Positions 1 to 9,230 are shown, counted from the first letter of the stretch. The stretch is DNA of 64,000 nt from Thermoleophilia bacterium (GCA_026415615.1 JAOAGT010000003.1:103077-167076), one strand, 5' to 3'. A program made the numbers and translations. The notes: generated by a model from the sequence alone, not told the origin.

Positions 1-1160
1 CGCACGGTATCTGACATAAACGAAGGCTCCACTTCGATCTGGACCTCGATCTGGTCTAGAGCGCCTTCCCGGTAAAGGACAACCTGGTAGCGCGGTTCCA
101 TCCCTTCGATATCCGCTAAGACAGCGGCGATCGAAGAGGGGTAAACGTTCACACCGCGAATCACTACCATGTCATCAGTGCGGGCGTAGACCTTGCTATG
201 CCGAGCGAACACCCGGCCGCACACACAGGGTCGGTAGCTGATCGAGGCAAGATCGCCGCTCCTATAGCGGATCACCGGCACCGCTTCCTTGGTAAGCGAA
301 GTAAAAACCAACTCGCCTTCCTTGCCTTCTGGAACCGGTTCGCCGGTAATAGGGTCCACAACTTCAACCAAGAAATGGTCTTCGTTAATGTGGAGCCCGT
401 CTTTGTTCCAGCACTCGTAGGAAACACCAGGTCCAATAACTTCTGACAGTCCATATATATCGCAGGCAGACATACGGGTGCGCCGCTCGATCTCCTCGCG
501 CATCTTGTTAGTCCATGGCTCCGCACCCAGCAGCCCCACCCGGAGTTCAAGCCCAGAAAGATCCATGTTCATGTCCAGAGCCACATCGGTGAGGTGCAGT
601 ACGTAGGACGGCGTTCCTACCAAGACAGTCGTGCGAAAGTCACGCATAATCTGCAGCTGTCTTTGCGTACTTCCCACCGAGGCAGGTATGACACTGGCCC
701 CTATCCGCTCCAGTCCAGCATGCATCCCAAATGCACCCGTGGTCAGGCCATACTCAAAGGTGATCTGAGCAACATCGTGCGAACGCGCTCCTCCAGCCAC
801 CGCCACGCGAGCACACAACTCGGCCCAGGTACTTAGGTCGCCCCGACTGTAACCAACCACGGTAGGATTGGAGACCGTTCCCGAAGAGGCGTGAATGCGA
901 ATAACCTTCTCCAGAGGCAAAGCAAAGAGCTTGTAGGGATACGCAGACCGAAAATCCGCCTTAGTCATGAAAGGAAGCTTTGTGATGTCTTCCAGCGAGC
1001 GCACATCGCTAGGCCGCAGCTTCATGGCAGTCCAGCGTTCGCGATGAAAAGGCACATTGTCATATGCCCACCGCAATGTCATCTGTAGCCGCTTAAACTG
1101 CAGCTCGCGCAGTTCCTCTCGGCTCATGCACTCGTACTCTGGGTTCCAAATGTGATTCAT
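1..1160 (-). CDS. paaK: Phenylacetate-CoA ligase (PaaK family), truncated at its C-terminus by the window edge
   Basis: Hand translation of the minus strand from ATG at 1160 gives MNHIWNPEYECMSREELRELQFKRLQ...AYDNVPFHRERW...IHASSGTVSNPTVVGYSRGDL...TPSYVLHL...YGLSEVIGPGVSYEC, the PaaK/AMP-forming signature. The frame stays open to position 1. The start overlaps the livF stop in an ATGA arrangement. It is missing from the ORF track only because it runs off the edge. Confidence 0.8.
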   Translation of the reverse strand, partial: MNHIWNPEYECMSREELRELQFKRLQMTLRWAYDNVPFHRERWTAMKLRPSDVRSLEDITKLPFMTKADFRSAYPYKLFALPLEKVIRIHASSGTVSNPTVVGYSRGDLSTWAELCARVAVAGGARSHDVAQITFEYGLTTGAFGMHAGLERIGASVIPASVGSTQRQLQIMRDFRTTVLVGTPSYVLHLTDVALDMNMDLSGLELRVGLLGAEPWTNKMREEIERRTRMSACDIYGLSEVIGPGVSYECWNKDGLHINEDHFLVEVVDPITGEPVPEGKEGELVFTSLTKEAVPVIRYRSGDLASISYRPCVCGRVFARHSKVYARTDDMVVIRGVNVYPSSIAAVLADIEGMEPRYQVVLYREGALDQIEVQIEVEPSFMSDTV

Positions 1161-1900
1161 GGTTTGCGGGCGCCCCCTCCGAACTCGCCATTTCTGCGAC
1201 CAAAGTAAATAGCACGCACCTGCGGGTTCTCCACTAACGCATGCGCTGAATCTTCAAGTACGACACTCCCCCGTTCAATCACAAGTCCCTTCTTAGCCAC
1301 ACGCAGTGCCAGCCGAGCATCCTGCTCCACAAGTAGCATGGCAAGGCCTTGCCTGTTTAACTCTCTCAGGGTGGCAAAGATGTCACGCACAACCACAGGG
1401 GCCAATCCCATGGAGGGTTCATCGAGCAGCAACAGGCGGGGCTCAGCCATTAGAGCACGTCCGATAGCTAGCATCTGTTGCTCTCCTCCAGAGAGCGTCC
1501 CCGCCTGTTGCTTTAGGCGTTCTTTGAGTCGAGGGAATAACTGAAACACACGGTCCATCCGCTCGGCAAGACTGCGCGTTCCACGACGTCGTAAGTAGGC
1601 GCCCAGCTCCAGATTCTCCCTAACCGTGAGAGAGCCAAACAGACGTCGCCCCTCGGGAATCTGTACGATGCCGCGGCCAACTATCGCTTCTATCGAAAGA
1701 CCATCTACTCTTTCTCCCTCGAAGCGGATGGCCCCCGAAGAAATGCGTAGCACTCCCGAGATCGCCTTAATTAGCGTGCTCTTGCCGGCTCCGTTGGCGC
1801 CTATCATGGTGACAATTTCGCCCGGTTCTACGGTGAGGTTAATCCCATGCAGGACTTCAATGTCCCCATAGCCAGTGCGAACATTTACCAGCTCAAGCAC
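1157..1900 (-). CDS. livF: Branched-chain amino acid ABC transporter ATP-binding protein (LivF type)
   Basis: Walker A GANGAGKST; ABC signature LSGGEQQML; Walker B LLLLDEPSMGL; typical LivF length of 247 aa. Confidence 0.85.
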   Translation of the reverse strand: MLELVNVRTGYGDIEVLHGINLTVEPGEIVTMIGANGAGKSTLIKAISGVLRISSGAIRFEGERVDGLSIEAIVGRGIVQIPEGRRLFGSLTVRENLELGAYLRRRGTRSLAERMDRVFQLFPRLKERLKQQAGTLSGGEQQMLAIGRALMAEPRLLLLDEPSMGLAPVVVRDIFATLRELNRQGLAMLLVEQDARLALRVAKKGLVIERGSVVLEDSAHALVENPQVRAIYFGRRNGEFGGGARKP

Positions 1901-1970
1901 GCAACCCTTCCTCGCTCAAGTGAGTTTCGCCTCTAGCGCCTTGCATCCGGGAAAACTGGTTTCGCGCCGT

Positions 1971-3251
1971 CTATTCGACCAGCACCCACTTGCCGTTCTC
2001 AATCTTTACAATGATCATCTGGTCAGCCGTCAGGCCATCGTGGTCAGTCTCGGAATAATTGTAAATGCCATCTGGACCGACAAACCCTTTGGTAGAGTTA
2101 AGCGCCGCCTGAATTGCCGTGGCTTCTGTGCTTTTTGCTTTCTCTATGGCCGCCACTAACAAAGTGATGGCCTCAAACGCATACCCGGCAAACGTGTTTG
2201 GCATTTCGTTGTAGGTAGCCTTGTAAAGATCAATGAACTCTTGCGTTACCTTCTTTTGCTCCGGATTTGTAATTGAGTCGGGTACTAGCAGTCGCCCAGC
2301 TGGGAATACCACTCCCTCAACAGCGTCGCCCCCAAGTTCAATGAAGGTGCGGTTCGCAATGCCATGGCTACCCACGTAGGGAATCTTCATTCCAAGCTGC
2401 TTCATATTCTTGGCGGCCAAAGCCGGCCCCGGATTCGTCCCCCATACCACGATTACCTCCGGCCCGGCGGCCCGTATCTTGGTGAGCTGTGAAGTCAAGT
2501 CAGTGTCGTCGGTCTTGTAGGGTTCCACGGCGACAATCTCAAGTCCATAGCTACCCGCGGTCCGCTCGATCTCCTTGGCTCCTGAGGATCCAAAAGCATT
2601 TTCATCGTGAAGCACGGCAATCTTCTTGGCTCCAAGAGACTTCGATATATAGGTTAATGCCCTGGCCACAGCCATCGCATCTTTGTGCGGCGTCCGCCAA
2701 ATCCATTCCGTTGGCGGCGCATCGGTGATGTCGTTTGCCGCCGCCATGGCGATTTGAGGAACCTTCCTCTCGGCGGTGATCGGCTTGACCGCGAGTGTAG
2801 ACGCAGAACCGGTAGCGGCGATTATGGCCACTGCCTTCTTCTGGTCGAGCAACCGGTTGGCTGCCGTAACCGCCTCCTTTGCATCTGTCTTATCGTCCTC
2901 AACTATCACATCGAGCGGGCGGCCGAGCACGCCACCTTCCTGATTGATCTTGCTCTCCATCATTTCAAGTACGTTTCTTTCCTGGACTCCCAAGGCGGCA
3001 TTCGGACCAGTTGCGGAGACGATCGCACCGATGACCACGGGTTCGCCAGTCGGAGCTGCACCGCCCGAAGCACTGGTCGTAACCGAGGAGTTGCCCCCTT
3101 GAGCGTTCTGGGCCGACGAATCTTTCCCCCCGCAGCCCACGAGCGATAAGAGAAGGCTTGAGCCCAAAACTGCAATGCACAGCGACCAAGCCCAGCCATG
3201 GCGCCTTGGCATTTCCGATCTGCGCTGCTCAGCTTTCCTCACTTGCCTCAT
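1971..3251 (-). CDS. livJ: Branched-chain amino acid ABC transporter substrate-binding lipoprotein (LivJ/K-like, type I periplasmic binding fold)
   Basis: Signal peptide with a lipobox (LLLSLVGCGG) and a Ser/Gly-rich linker, followed by a Leu/Ile/Val-binding-protein-like domain (VVIGAIVSATGPNAALG...). A more likely start is the internal MPRRHGW at about 3212. Confidence 0.75.
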   Translation of the reverse strand: MRQVRKAEQRRSEMPRRHGWAWSLCIAVLGSSLLLSLVGCGGKDSSAQNAQGGNSSVTTSASGGAAPTGEPVVIGAIVSATGPNAALGVQERNVLEMMESKINQEGGVLGRPLDVIVEDDKTDAKEAVTAANRLLDQKKAVAIIAATGSASTLAVKPITAERKVPQIAMAAANDITDAPPTEWIWRTPHKDAMAVARALTYISKSLGAKKIAVLHDENAFGSSGAKEIERTAGSYGLEIVAVEPYKTDDTDLTSQLTKIRAAGPEVIVVWGTNPGPALAAKNMKQLGMKIPYVGSHGIANRTFIELGGDAVEGVVFPAGRLLVPDSITNPEQKKVTQEFIDLYKATYNEMPNTFAGYAFEAITLLVAAIEKAKSTEATAIQAALNSTKGFVGPDGIYNYSETDHDGLTADQMIIVKIENGKWVLVE

Positions 3252-4014
3252 CCTCTAACTCCTCCCCTAAGTAGGCTTTTATTACTTCCTCGTTTTCTTG
3301 GATCATGAAGGGCGGTCCTTCCGCAATCTTCCGCCCGTAATCCAACACCACCACTTCATCCGATAGATCCATGACAAAGCTCATGTCGTGTTCGACTAGG
3401 AGAACGGTGATCCCTTCGGCTCTAAGTCTTCTGACCACCTCAGCCAAGCGGGCAGTTTCGGCTTCGTTGAGGCCGGCCGCTGGTTCATCCAAGAGGAGAA
3501 GCTGCGGTTCTGTAGCCAAAGCCCGCGCAATCTCAAGCAGGTGTCGCTCACCCATCGCCAGATTGCCTGCTGGATCGTCCCCCCGGTGCTCAAGCCCAAC
3601 CCGCCGCAGTGCGTCTTCGGCAGCCTTCATAGTCTCACGTTCTTCACGGCGGTGAAGAGGGAGTGTAAGAAAAGCCGCTAGCAATCCGGCCTTGGTGCGC
3701 GAATACCTCCCTACGGCGACGTTTTCAAGCACAGTCATGTCTTCGAAAACCAGACTGTGTTGAAAAGTGCGGCCCAAACCCAAGCGACACATACGGTGTG
3801 GCGGATACCCAGTTACGTTCCTATCTGCAAAATACACTCTGCCGCTCGTGGGTAGCAGATATCCCGAAACAAGGTTAAAAAGGGTCGTCTTCCCAGCCCC
3901 GTTCGGCCCGATAAGCGCCTTAATCTGACCGCGATAAACCGCGAAAGTGACTTCGCGCAGAGCCTCAAGTCCACCAAACCGCTTTGTGACCTTGTCCACT
4001 CTAAGAAGCGCCAC
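3229..4014 (-). CDS. livG: Branched-chain amino acid ABC transporter ATP-binding protein (LivG type)
   Basis: Walker A GPNGAGKTT; LivG-like N-terminus LLRVDKVTKRFGGLEAL; ABC signature and Walker B LLLLDEPAAGL. Confidence 0.85.
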   Translation of the reverse strand: MALLRVDKVTKRFGGLEALREVTFAVYRGQIKALIGPNGAGKTTLFNLVSGYLLPTSGRVYFADRNVTGYPPHRMCRLGLGRTFQHSLVFEDMTVLENVAVGRYSRTKAGLLAAFLTLPLHRREERETMKAAEDALRRVGLEHRGDDPAGNLAMGERHLLEIARALATEPQLLLLDEPAAGLNEAETARLAEVVRRLRAEGITVLLVEHDMSFVMDLSDEVVVLDYGRKIAEGPPFMIQENEEVIKAYLGEELEDEASEES

Positions 4015-4996
4015 GCCGAATCCGATCCCCTACAAGTTTTCGCCACCTACCAAAAGTCGGCCCGACCCCTCGCCGCCGTCCTTGCCAAAAGATCATTATG
4101 GCAATCAGCAAAACGCCGAACACCAAATTTGTAAGATCGGAGTGGACCCGCTTGAGGAGCTCAGGAAGGATAACGATTGCGACCGTTCCCCAGACCGCCC
4201 CCCAGATGCTGCCCAATCCCCCAATGATTACTCCAGTAATGAGAATGATGGAAAAGGTCACTGTGTAACCTTCGGGGCTTACAAACCTCATGTAGTGAGC
4301 ATCAAAACTACCCGCGATGCTTGCAAACACTGCCGCGAGAACAAAGACCTGAACCTTGCGGTAAGAGACGTCGATTCCCAAGGACTGAGCTGCCGCCTCC
4401 GAGCGACTAAGAGCACGCAGCGCGCGCCCAACCCGGCTCGCCGACAAATTCAGGCTGAGACGCAGCATTATCAGGGCAACTCCCCAGGCCACCAGGTGAT
4501 AAACCTTGGGTCCACTCAAAACAAGGCCCCCCAGAGAAAGGCCCGGGATACCAGTGATGCCGTCTGTGCCATTGGTGAGACTCTTAAGGCGGACTAGCAA
4601 GAGATAAATGATTTCGTTGACACCCAGCGTGGCCATGGCGAGGTAGTAGCCCCTCAACCTCAGCGTCGGGATTCCCACTAATGCGGCGATACCGGCGGAC
4701 AAGAGAGCCGCGAGCAACATGGCAGCCCACGGGTCCAGGCCTAGGCGCGTAGTTAGAATAGCTGACCCGTAGGCTCCAATCCCCACAAAGCCTGCCTGAC
4801 CAAGAGATATCTGTCCTGCCTGTCCAAGAAGAAGACTTAGACCTAAGGCCATCATGAAGCGCGTAGCCATGAAGGCCAAAATGGACAAGTAGTAAGCGTC
4901 CCCCACGTATGCGGGAACGGTCATAACTGCAATGCCAAAAACCAGAAAGCCAGCGTGCCGGCGGAGGTATCTGCAGAAAGCTTTGATCTCTGCCAC
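4001..4996 (-). CDS. livM: Branched-chain amino acid ABC transporter permease (LivM type)
   Basis: Polytopic hydrophobic protein; LivM-like motifs LSLGQAGFVGIGAYGSAIL and NGTDGITGIP. Confidence 0.8.
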   Translation of the reverse strand: MAEIKAFCRYLRRHAGFLVFGIAVMTVPAYVGDAYYLSILAFMATRFMMALGLSLLLGQAGQISLGQAGFVGIGAYGSAILTTRLGLDPWAAMLLAALLSAGIAALVGIPTLRLRGYYLAMATLGVNEIIYLLLVRLKSLTNGTDGITGIPGLSLGGLVLSGPKVYHLVAWGVALIMLRLSLNLSASRVGRALRALSRSEAAAQSLGIDVSYRKVQVFVLAAVFASIAGSFDAHYMRFVSPEGYTVTFSIILITGVIIGGLGSIWGAVWGTVAIVILPELLKRVHSDLTNLVFGVLLIAIMIFWQGRRRGVGPTFGRWRKLVGDRIRRGAS

Positions 4997-5007
4997 GGCC
5001 CAGCTCC

Positions 5008-5886
5008 CTAGTGGCGTCCACTCAAGCGCGTCCCCAAGATGCCTGAGGGACGCGAGAACAACACAGCAAGCAAGATGGCAAACGCAATGACATCTTTGTA
5101 GCCAGCCGACACGACGCCCACTCCCAGGGCCTCCACCACCCCTAGTACGTAGCCGCCTATGACTGCACCCACCGGGCTACCGAGGCCGCCGAGAGTAGCC
5201 GCGGCAAAACCTTTTAGCCCCAGAAGCGATCCGGAGTGGTAACTCATAAAACTAATGGGGGTAATCATGACCCCAGCTGCCGCCGAGATAGCCCCTGTGA
5301 GAGCAAAGATAAGAGTCACCACACGGCCGTACGGGATCCCCTGGAGCCGGGCAGCAATGGGATCCACCGCGCACGCCCGCACCGCCTTGCCCACAAGAGT
5401 CACCCGAAAGAAGAGTTGAAGCATCACCACAATGGTTGCAGAAAGCCCCACTACCCAGAGAGTCTGGGGCACCACCGTCGCCCCGCCCACGAAGAGTGGC
5501 TGGTCTCCCGAGAAAGGCGGCAAACCGACTGCGTCTCTGCCCCAAATCAGCATCGCGGCGGTCTCAAACACAAAAGAAGCTCCGACGGTGGCAATGACCT
5601 GGGCAAGAACTCCTTTGTGCAGCAGAGGCCGAACCGCTATGCGCTCGAAGCCGGCTGCCACCACGGCTAGTGCTGCCACTGCTCCTATAAACGCGGCCCA
5701 GAGAGGTAGCCCGCTGTCATAAAGGGTCACTCCCAGCATGCCCCCGAGCATAACCAGCTGGCCCTGGGCAAAGTTGATTACCGAAGTGGCATTAAAGACA
5801 AGCGTGAAGCCGAGCGCGGTTAGAGCGTAGATGCTCCCGCTTGTGATGCCGCTGAAGAGATACTGAAGCAGCTCGGCTGAACTCAC
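5008..5886 (-). CDS. livH: Branched-chain amino acid ABC transporter permease (LivH type)
   Basis: LivH-like N-terminus (LLQYLFSGITSGSIYALTALGFTLVFNATSVINFAQG) and multiple TM segments. Confidence 0.8.
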   Translation of the reverse strand: MSSAELLQYLFSGITSGSIYALTALGFTLVFNATSVINFAQGQLVMLGGMLGVTLYDSGLPLWAAFIGAVAALAVVAAGFERIAVRPLLHKGVLAQVIATVGASFVFETAAMLIWGRDAVGLPPFSGDQPLFVGGATVVPQTLWVVGLSATIVVMLQLFFRVTLVGKAVRACAVDPIAARLQGIPYGRVVTLIFALTGAISAAAGVMITPISFMSYHSGSLLGLKGFAAATLGGLGSPVGAVIGGYVLGVVEALGVGVVSAGYKDVIAFAILLAVLFSRPSGILGTRLSGRH

Positions 5887-5892
5887 GGGCTA

Positions 5893-6327
5893 CTAATCGA
5901 AGGAAACGGTGGAGACAAGATCTTCGGGTGTGAGAATGCCGAAGCCGGCTTCTTGCAGCATCTTCTCCAGACGCTCAGGTTCCTCAGTGCGCAATATGAG
6001 CGAGTCCTGAGTGCCTAAGTAGATGTACTCGATATCCAAACCAGAGTCAGAGACCAGACGAGCCACCTTGGCCAATGTTCCGGGTCGATTCGGAAGAAGC
6101 GCCCCGACAACCTGATGTTCGACAACCGCGTAGCCCGCCGCCGAAAGAATCTCCTTGGCCTTTTCCACTTGGTCAACAACCAAGCGCAGCACCCCGTAGT
6201 CCTCGGTATCGGCAATTGTGAATGAGAGAACGTTGACCTGGCCCGCTGCCAAACACGCAAGTGTGTCGGCAAGATGGCCCGGCTTGTTCTCTACAAAAAC
6301 CGACAGCTGTGGAATACTCATGCCCAC
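5893..6327 (-). CDS. Stand-alone tandem ACT-domain protein
   Basis: 144 aa containing two ACT-like units (LSVFVENKPGHLADTL... and ...LLPNRPGTLAKVARLV...). It lies 6 nt upstream of livH in the same operon. Confidence 0.6.
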   Translation of the reverse strand: MGMSIPQLSVFVENKPGHLADTLACLAAGQVNVLSFTIADTEDYGVLRLVVDQVEKAKEILSAAGYAVVEHQVVGALLPNRPGTLAKVARLVSDSGLDIEYIYLGTQDSLILRTEEPERLEKMLQEAGFGILTPEDLVSTVSFD

Positions 6328-6362
6328 CCCTGCATATTCTATTACACCGCGCAGCTGGCCCC

Positions 6363-7613
6363 TTATCCGCCCTCCGGACGCAAGGCTCCTTCAGTATACT
6401 CAAGAGCGGGATCCCAAAGCAGCCATTCCGTAAACCCCTGTTCCTCAGCCGCTCTGATCTGAGCCTTTACTCTTTCCACTCCGTACTCCACCCCTCGGAG
6501 CGAGAAATCTTGAAGCCAAGGACGCCCCATGGCGCCTGTTCCTGCCAGTCTCTTAGCTGTCTCCTTCATCGCAGCAGAAACAGTCTCGTAGGGACTAGCA
6601 TTGGGGTTTTGAATCCCGTAAGAACCACTCTCATAGTGGGACGGGTACACCATCGGACACACTATGTCCACATTCTGAGCGATCTTCCAATAGCGCTGGC
6701 CGATCACGGCCGCATCACGGGTATCCATGATCGCAATGCCGAAGATATCCGCCGACACCCAAACCCCTAGCTTTTCCAGTCGTTGACGGGCATACGCCAA
6801 AAACCCAGCAATGGCGTCTTCTTTAGCGCAATACTCACCCGGATAGACAGCCTCCGAAATAGGACCGTCGCTCGGAAAACGCACGTAGTCAAACTGGATC
6901 TCTCTAAATCCATGCCGAGCGGCGTCTTCCGCTATTTGCACGAGATACTCCCACACCTCGTGCTTGTACGGGTTCGTGTAGTGAAGACCCTTCCAGTCGG
7001 CCCATTTACCTCCCTTGGAGCTGCGGACCGAGAGATCGGGCCTTGCTTCGGACAGGCGAGTATCCTTGAAACACACCACACGAGCAATTGGAACGATATT
7101 GTGCTTTGCCAAGGTCGCAAGCAAAGCATCAATGTCCTTTATGCGGTTCTCAATAAGCCCCAGCTTTTTTGCCATAGGCACATTCGCAGCGTACGTGATC
7201 TTGCCCCAGTCGTCCTTGACATCAATTACGAAAGCGTTGATTTCGGTCCTGTCAGCCAAGCCGAGCAATCTCGGCATCCATTCGTTGGACTGAACAGCGT
7301 AACTGCCAACGTAAATACCCTTCACTGGGGTATAGGAAAGGTCGCGAAAAGCGATCAGATCAACGAGAGGTTCTACCGAGTAGTCGGGCGCTGTGACTGC
7401 AGGCGTTGTGATCGACACGGCCTGCTCCGCAGAACGCCAAGGAAAGCCTGGTCCCCCAACCATCCAGCTTCCTAAAGACCAAAGCAGTACGAAGCCCGCA
7501 CCAAAAGCCGCCAGACCAGCAATAATGACGAATGTCATCCGAACCGCTATTCCTCGGCGACGCCGAGATGTTCGCAAGCGGGTGGTGGCTGTGTTAGCTT
7601 TTCTCGGCGGCAT
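6363..7613 (-). CDS. Membrane-anchored putative glycoside hydrolase (DUF4015-like TIM-barrel family)
   Basis: N-terminal Arg-rich segment and a TM helix; the motif NAFVIDVKDDWGKITY...IARVVCFKD...REIQFDYVRFP resembles the 'putative glycosyl hydrolase domain' family. Assigned from memory only. Confidence 0.45.
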   Translation of the reverse strand: MPPRKANTATTRLRTSRRRRGIAVRMTFVIIAGLAAFGAGFVLLWSLGSWMVGGPGFPWRSAEQAVSITTPAVTAPDYSVEPLVDLIAFRDLSYTPVKGIYVGSYAVQSNEWMPRLLGLADRTEINAFVIDVKDDWGKITYAANVPMAKKLGLIENRIKDIDALLATLAKHNIVPIARVVCFKDTRLSEARPDLSVRSSKGGKWADWKGLHYTNPYKHEVWEYLVQIAEDAARHGFREIQFDYVRFPSDGPISEAVYPGEYCAKEDAIAGFLAYARQRLEKLGVWVSADIFGIAIMDTRDAAVIGQRYWKIAQNVDIVCPMVYPSHYESGSYGIQNPNASPYETVSAAMKETAKRLAGTGAMGRPWLQDFSLRGVEYGVERVKAQIRAAEEQGFTEWLLWDPALEYTEGALRPEGG

Positions 7614-7658
7614 GGCGGAACTAGTGTATCAGAGGTATTTGATAAACTTCGTTACATT

Positions 7659-8765
7659 ATGCGAACAGGGAGAGTACTCCGTTTTCTGATTGGGGCCTTC
7701 GCAGCAGGCGCCTTCATCGGGCTGATCGCTGGTCTCGCCTTTGGAGGCTCGGAATCACAAACACAACCTGCTTCAGCTGAAGACAACAGCGCCAGCCCTT
7801 CCCGCACCGCCCTTGCCTCATCGAGCTCAACTGGCGAAGAAGCCGCGCTAGATGGACCCATGACCGCGGAACGCGCGAAAGCCATCGGTGCCAATGAAAT
7901 GGGTCTGATCCCCGTCTTTATGTACCACCTCATTGAGCCTGAAGAAAGCGAGTGGTCTCGCACTCCCGAAAACTTTCGCCGCGACCTGGCGCTGCTCGAA
8001 AAGGAGGGCTTTTGGCCAATCACGGTGCGCGACTTAGCCTCCGGCAACATTGACATACCAGCGGGTAAGTCGCCCGTGGTTCTTACCTTCGACGACTCAA
8101 GCATGGGCCAGTACCATATCTTGGAAGACGGGTCCCTCGATCCTGATTGCGCTGTCGGAATCATGCAGGCAGAGGTGGAGGCAAAGCGGTGGGCGCCGCG
8201 GGCTTCTTTCTTTCCCTTGATCGACGTCGACGTAAGCTCGCGAGAGATCTTTGGCCAGCCCGACTTGAAAAGGGAGAAACTTCGCAACCTGGTGGCCTGG
8301 GGCTACGAAGTCGGAAGCCACACCGTAACCCACCTCAATTTGGCCAAAGCCTCTCGGCAGGAGGCGGCGAAGCAGCTTGCACAATCGCAGCAGATTCTCG
8401 AAGACCTCATTGGTGGTGGTTACTCGGTGACAAGCTTGGCAGTGCCGTTCGGTGAGTACCCGGCGTCAGACCAAATATTGTCCCAAGGCAAGTACCAAGA
8501 CATCACCTATGCCTATAGTGCCGTGTTGTCCACAGTGGGAGAGCTTTGTACTTCGCCTTTTTCTGGGAAGTTCCAGCCTCTTCACATTCCCAGAATCCGT
8601 GGCAGCACCAAATACATAACTGCCGCCCTTGACACTCTTAAGAAGAACCCGGGGCTGCGATATATATCCGATGGCGACCCCACAACTGTGTCGGCTCCTC
8701 TAGACCTTGACCCGGCACTGGGCGAAATGCGGAGCGACCTTGGGCGGCCTGTGGTGCGCTATTGA
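7659..8765 (+). CDS. Polysaccharide deacetylase family protein (NodB homology domain) with N-terminal TM anchor
   Basis: TM helix followed by a Ser/Ala-rich linker; NodB motifs VFMYHLI, LTFDDSSMGQ and GSHTVTHLNL. Confidence 0.7.
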   Translation: MRTGRVLRFLIGAFAAGAFIGLIAGLAFGGSESQTQPASAEDNSASPSRTALASSSSTGEEAALDGPMTAERAKAIGANEMGLIPVFMYHLIEPEESEWSRTPENFRRDLALLEKEGFWPITVRDLASGNIDIPAGKSPVVLTFDDSSMGQYHILEDGSLDPDCAVGIMQAEVEAKRWAPRASFFPLIDVDVSSREIFGQPDLKREKLRNLVAWGYEVGSHTVTHLNLAKASRQEAAKQLAQSQQILEDLIGGGYSVTSLAVPFGEYPASDQILSQGKYQDITYAYSAVLSTVGELCTSPFSGKFQPLHIPRIRGSTKYITAALDTLKKNPGLRYISDGDPTTVSAPLDLDPALGEMRSDLGRPVVRY

Positions 8766-8816
8766 GCTGCCAGAACTCTGGCCCCCGGTCGAGGAGCAAA
8801 CTGCGCGAGTCTGAGA

Positions 8817-8896
8817 GGCTGTAGTTTTGAGCCCAGGGCTGTAGTTTCCAGCCCAAGGCTAGAGTTTCGATCCCAAGGCTAGAGTCTCTCTAGGCA
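8817..8896. repeat. Imperfect 20-nt tandem repeat x4 (GGCTGTAGTTTYSAGCCCAR-like), intergenic
   Basis: Units at 8817-8836, 8837-8856, 8857-8876 and 8877-8896. Identity between adjacent units falls from 17/20 to about 12/20. Units 2 and 4 each contain a perfect 6-bp inverted repeat (GGGCTG...CAGCCC; CTAGAG...CTCTAG). Confidence 0.6.
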
Positions 8897-9148
8897 CACG
8901 TCTCCGGCATTGCCTACTCTCACGACAAAGCGGCCGCCGCAAAGTCCACATTCAAAACTTGCGCCGTCTTGCAGAGAAAAATCTGCCTCCTGTCTGGGTG
9001 AGGAGCCTAGATGCACTACCACATGGCAGTGCGGGCAGGGAAAGTCAAAGTGTTGCTCTTGGTTCTGGAGAGCTCTTTTATCCCCAACGATTTCCCATAG
9101 CGGATCGTACTTCTTTTTGGCCACTGTACCTCCCGGGCATGTCCCCAT
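8879..9148 (-). CDS. Small hypothetical zinc-ribbon protein (CPHC...CGLC)
   Basis: 89-aa ORF in an otherwise empty 465-nt gap, divergent from lipB. Four Cys in a CxxC-N29-CxxC arrangement. No homology assignable by eye. Confidence 0.3.
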   Translation of the reverse strand: MGTCPGGTVAKKKYDPLWEIVGDKRALQNQEQHFDFPCPHCHVVVHLGSSPRQEADFSLQDGASFECGLCGGRFVVRVGNAGDVCLERL

Positions 9149-9230
9149 CCAACACGCGGTGACTTCGCAAGCGAAGCCCGCCAGTCAGGGTATTCTAACT
9201 CCCACAACAAACACGAACCAAGGAAACAAG

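Noticed and set aside
198-1088. ORF-track entries 198..446(+), 272..550(-), 594..836(+), 891..1088(+)
   Set aside because: They lie inside, or in the wrong frame of, the hand-verified paaK reading frame (minus strand, 1160 to 1). Their products are non-protein-like and Arg/Pro-rich.
8817-8896. Possible CRISPR array
   Set aside because: The repeats are directly adjacent with no spacers, only four units, and degenerate. This is not CRISPR architecture.
8887-8899. 13-mer CTCTAGGCACACG shared between 8887-8899 and 16047-16059
   Set aside because: Tens of 13-mer coincidences are expected by chance in 64 kb on two strands, and there is no extended similarity around them.
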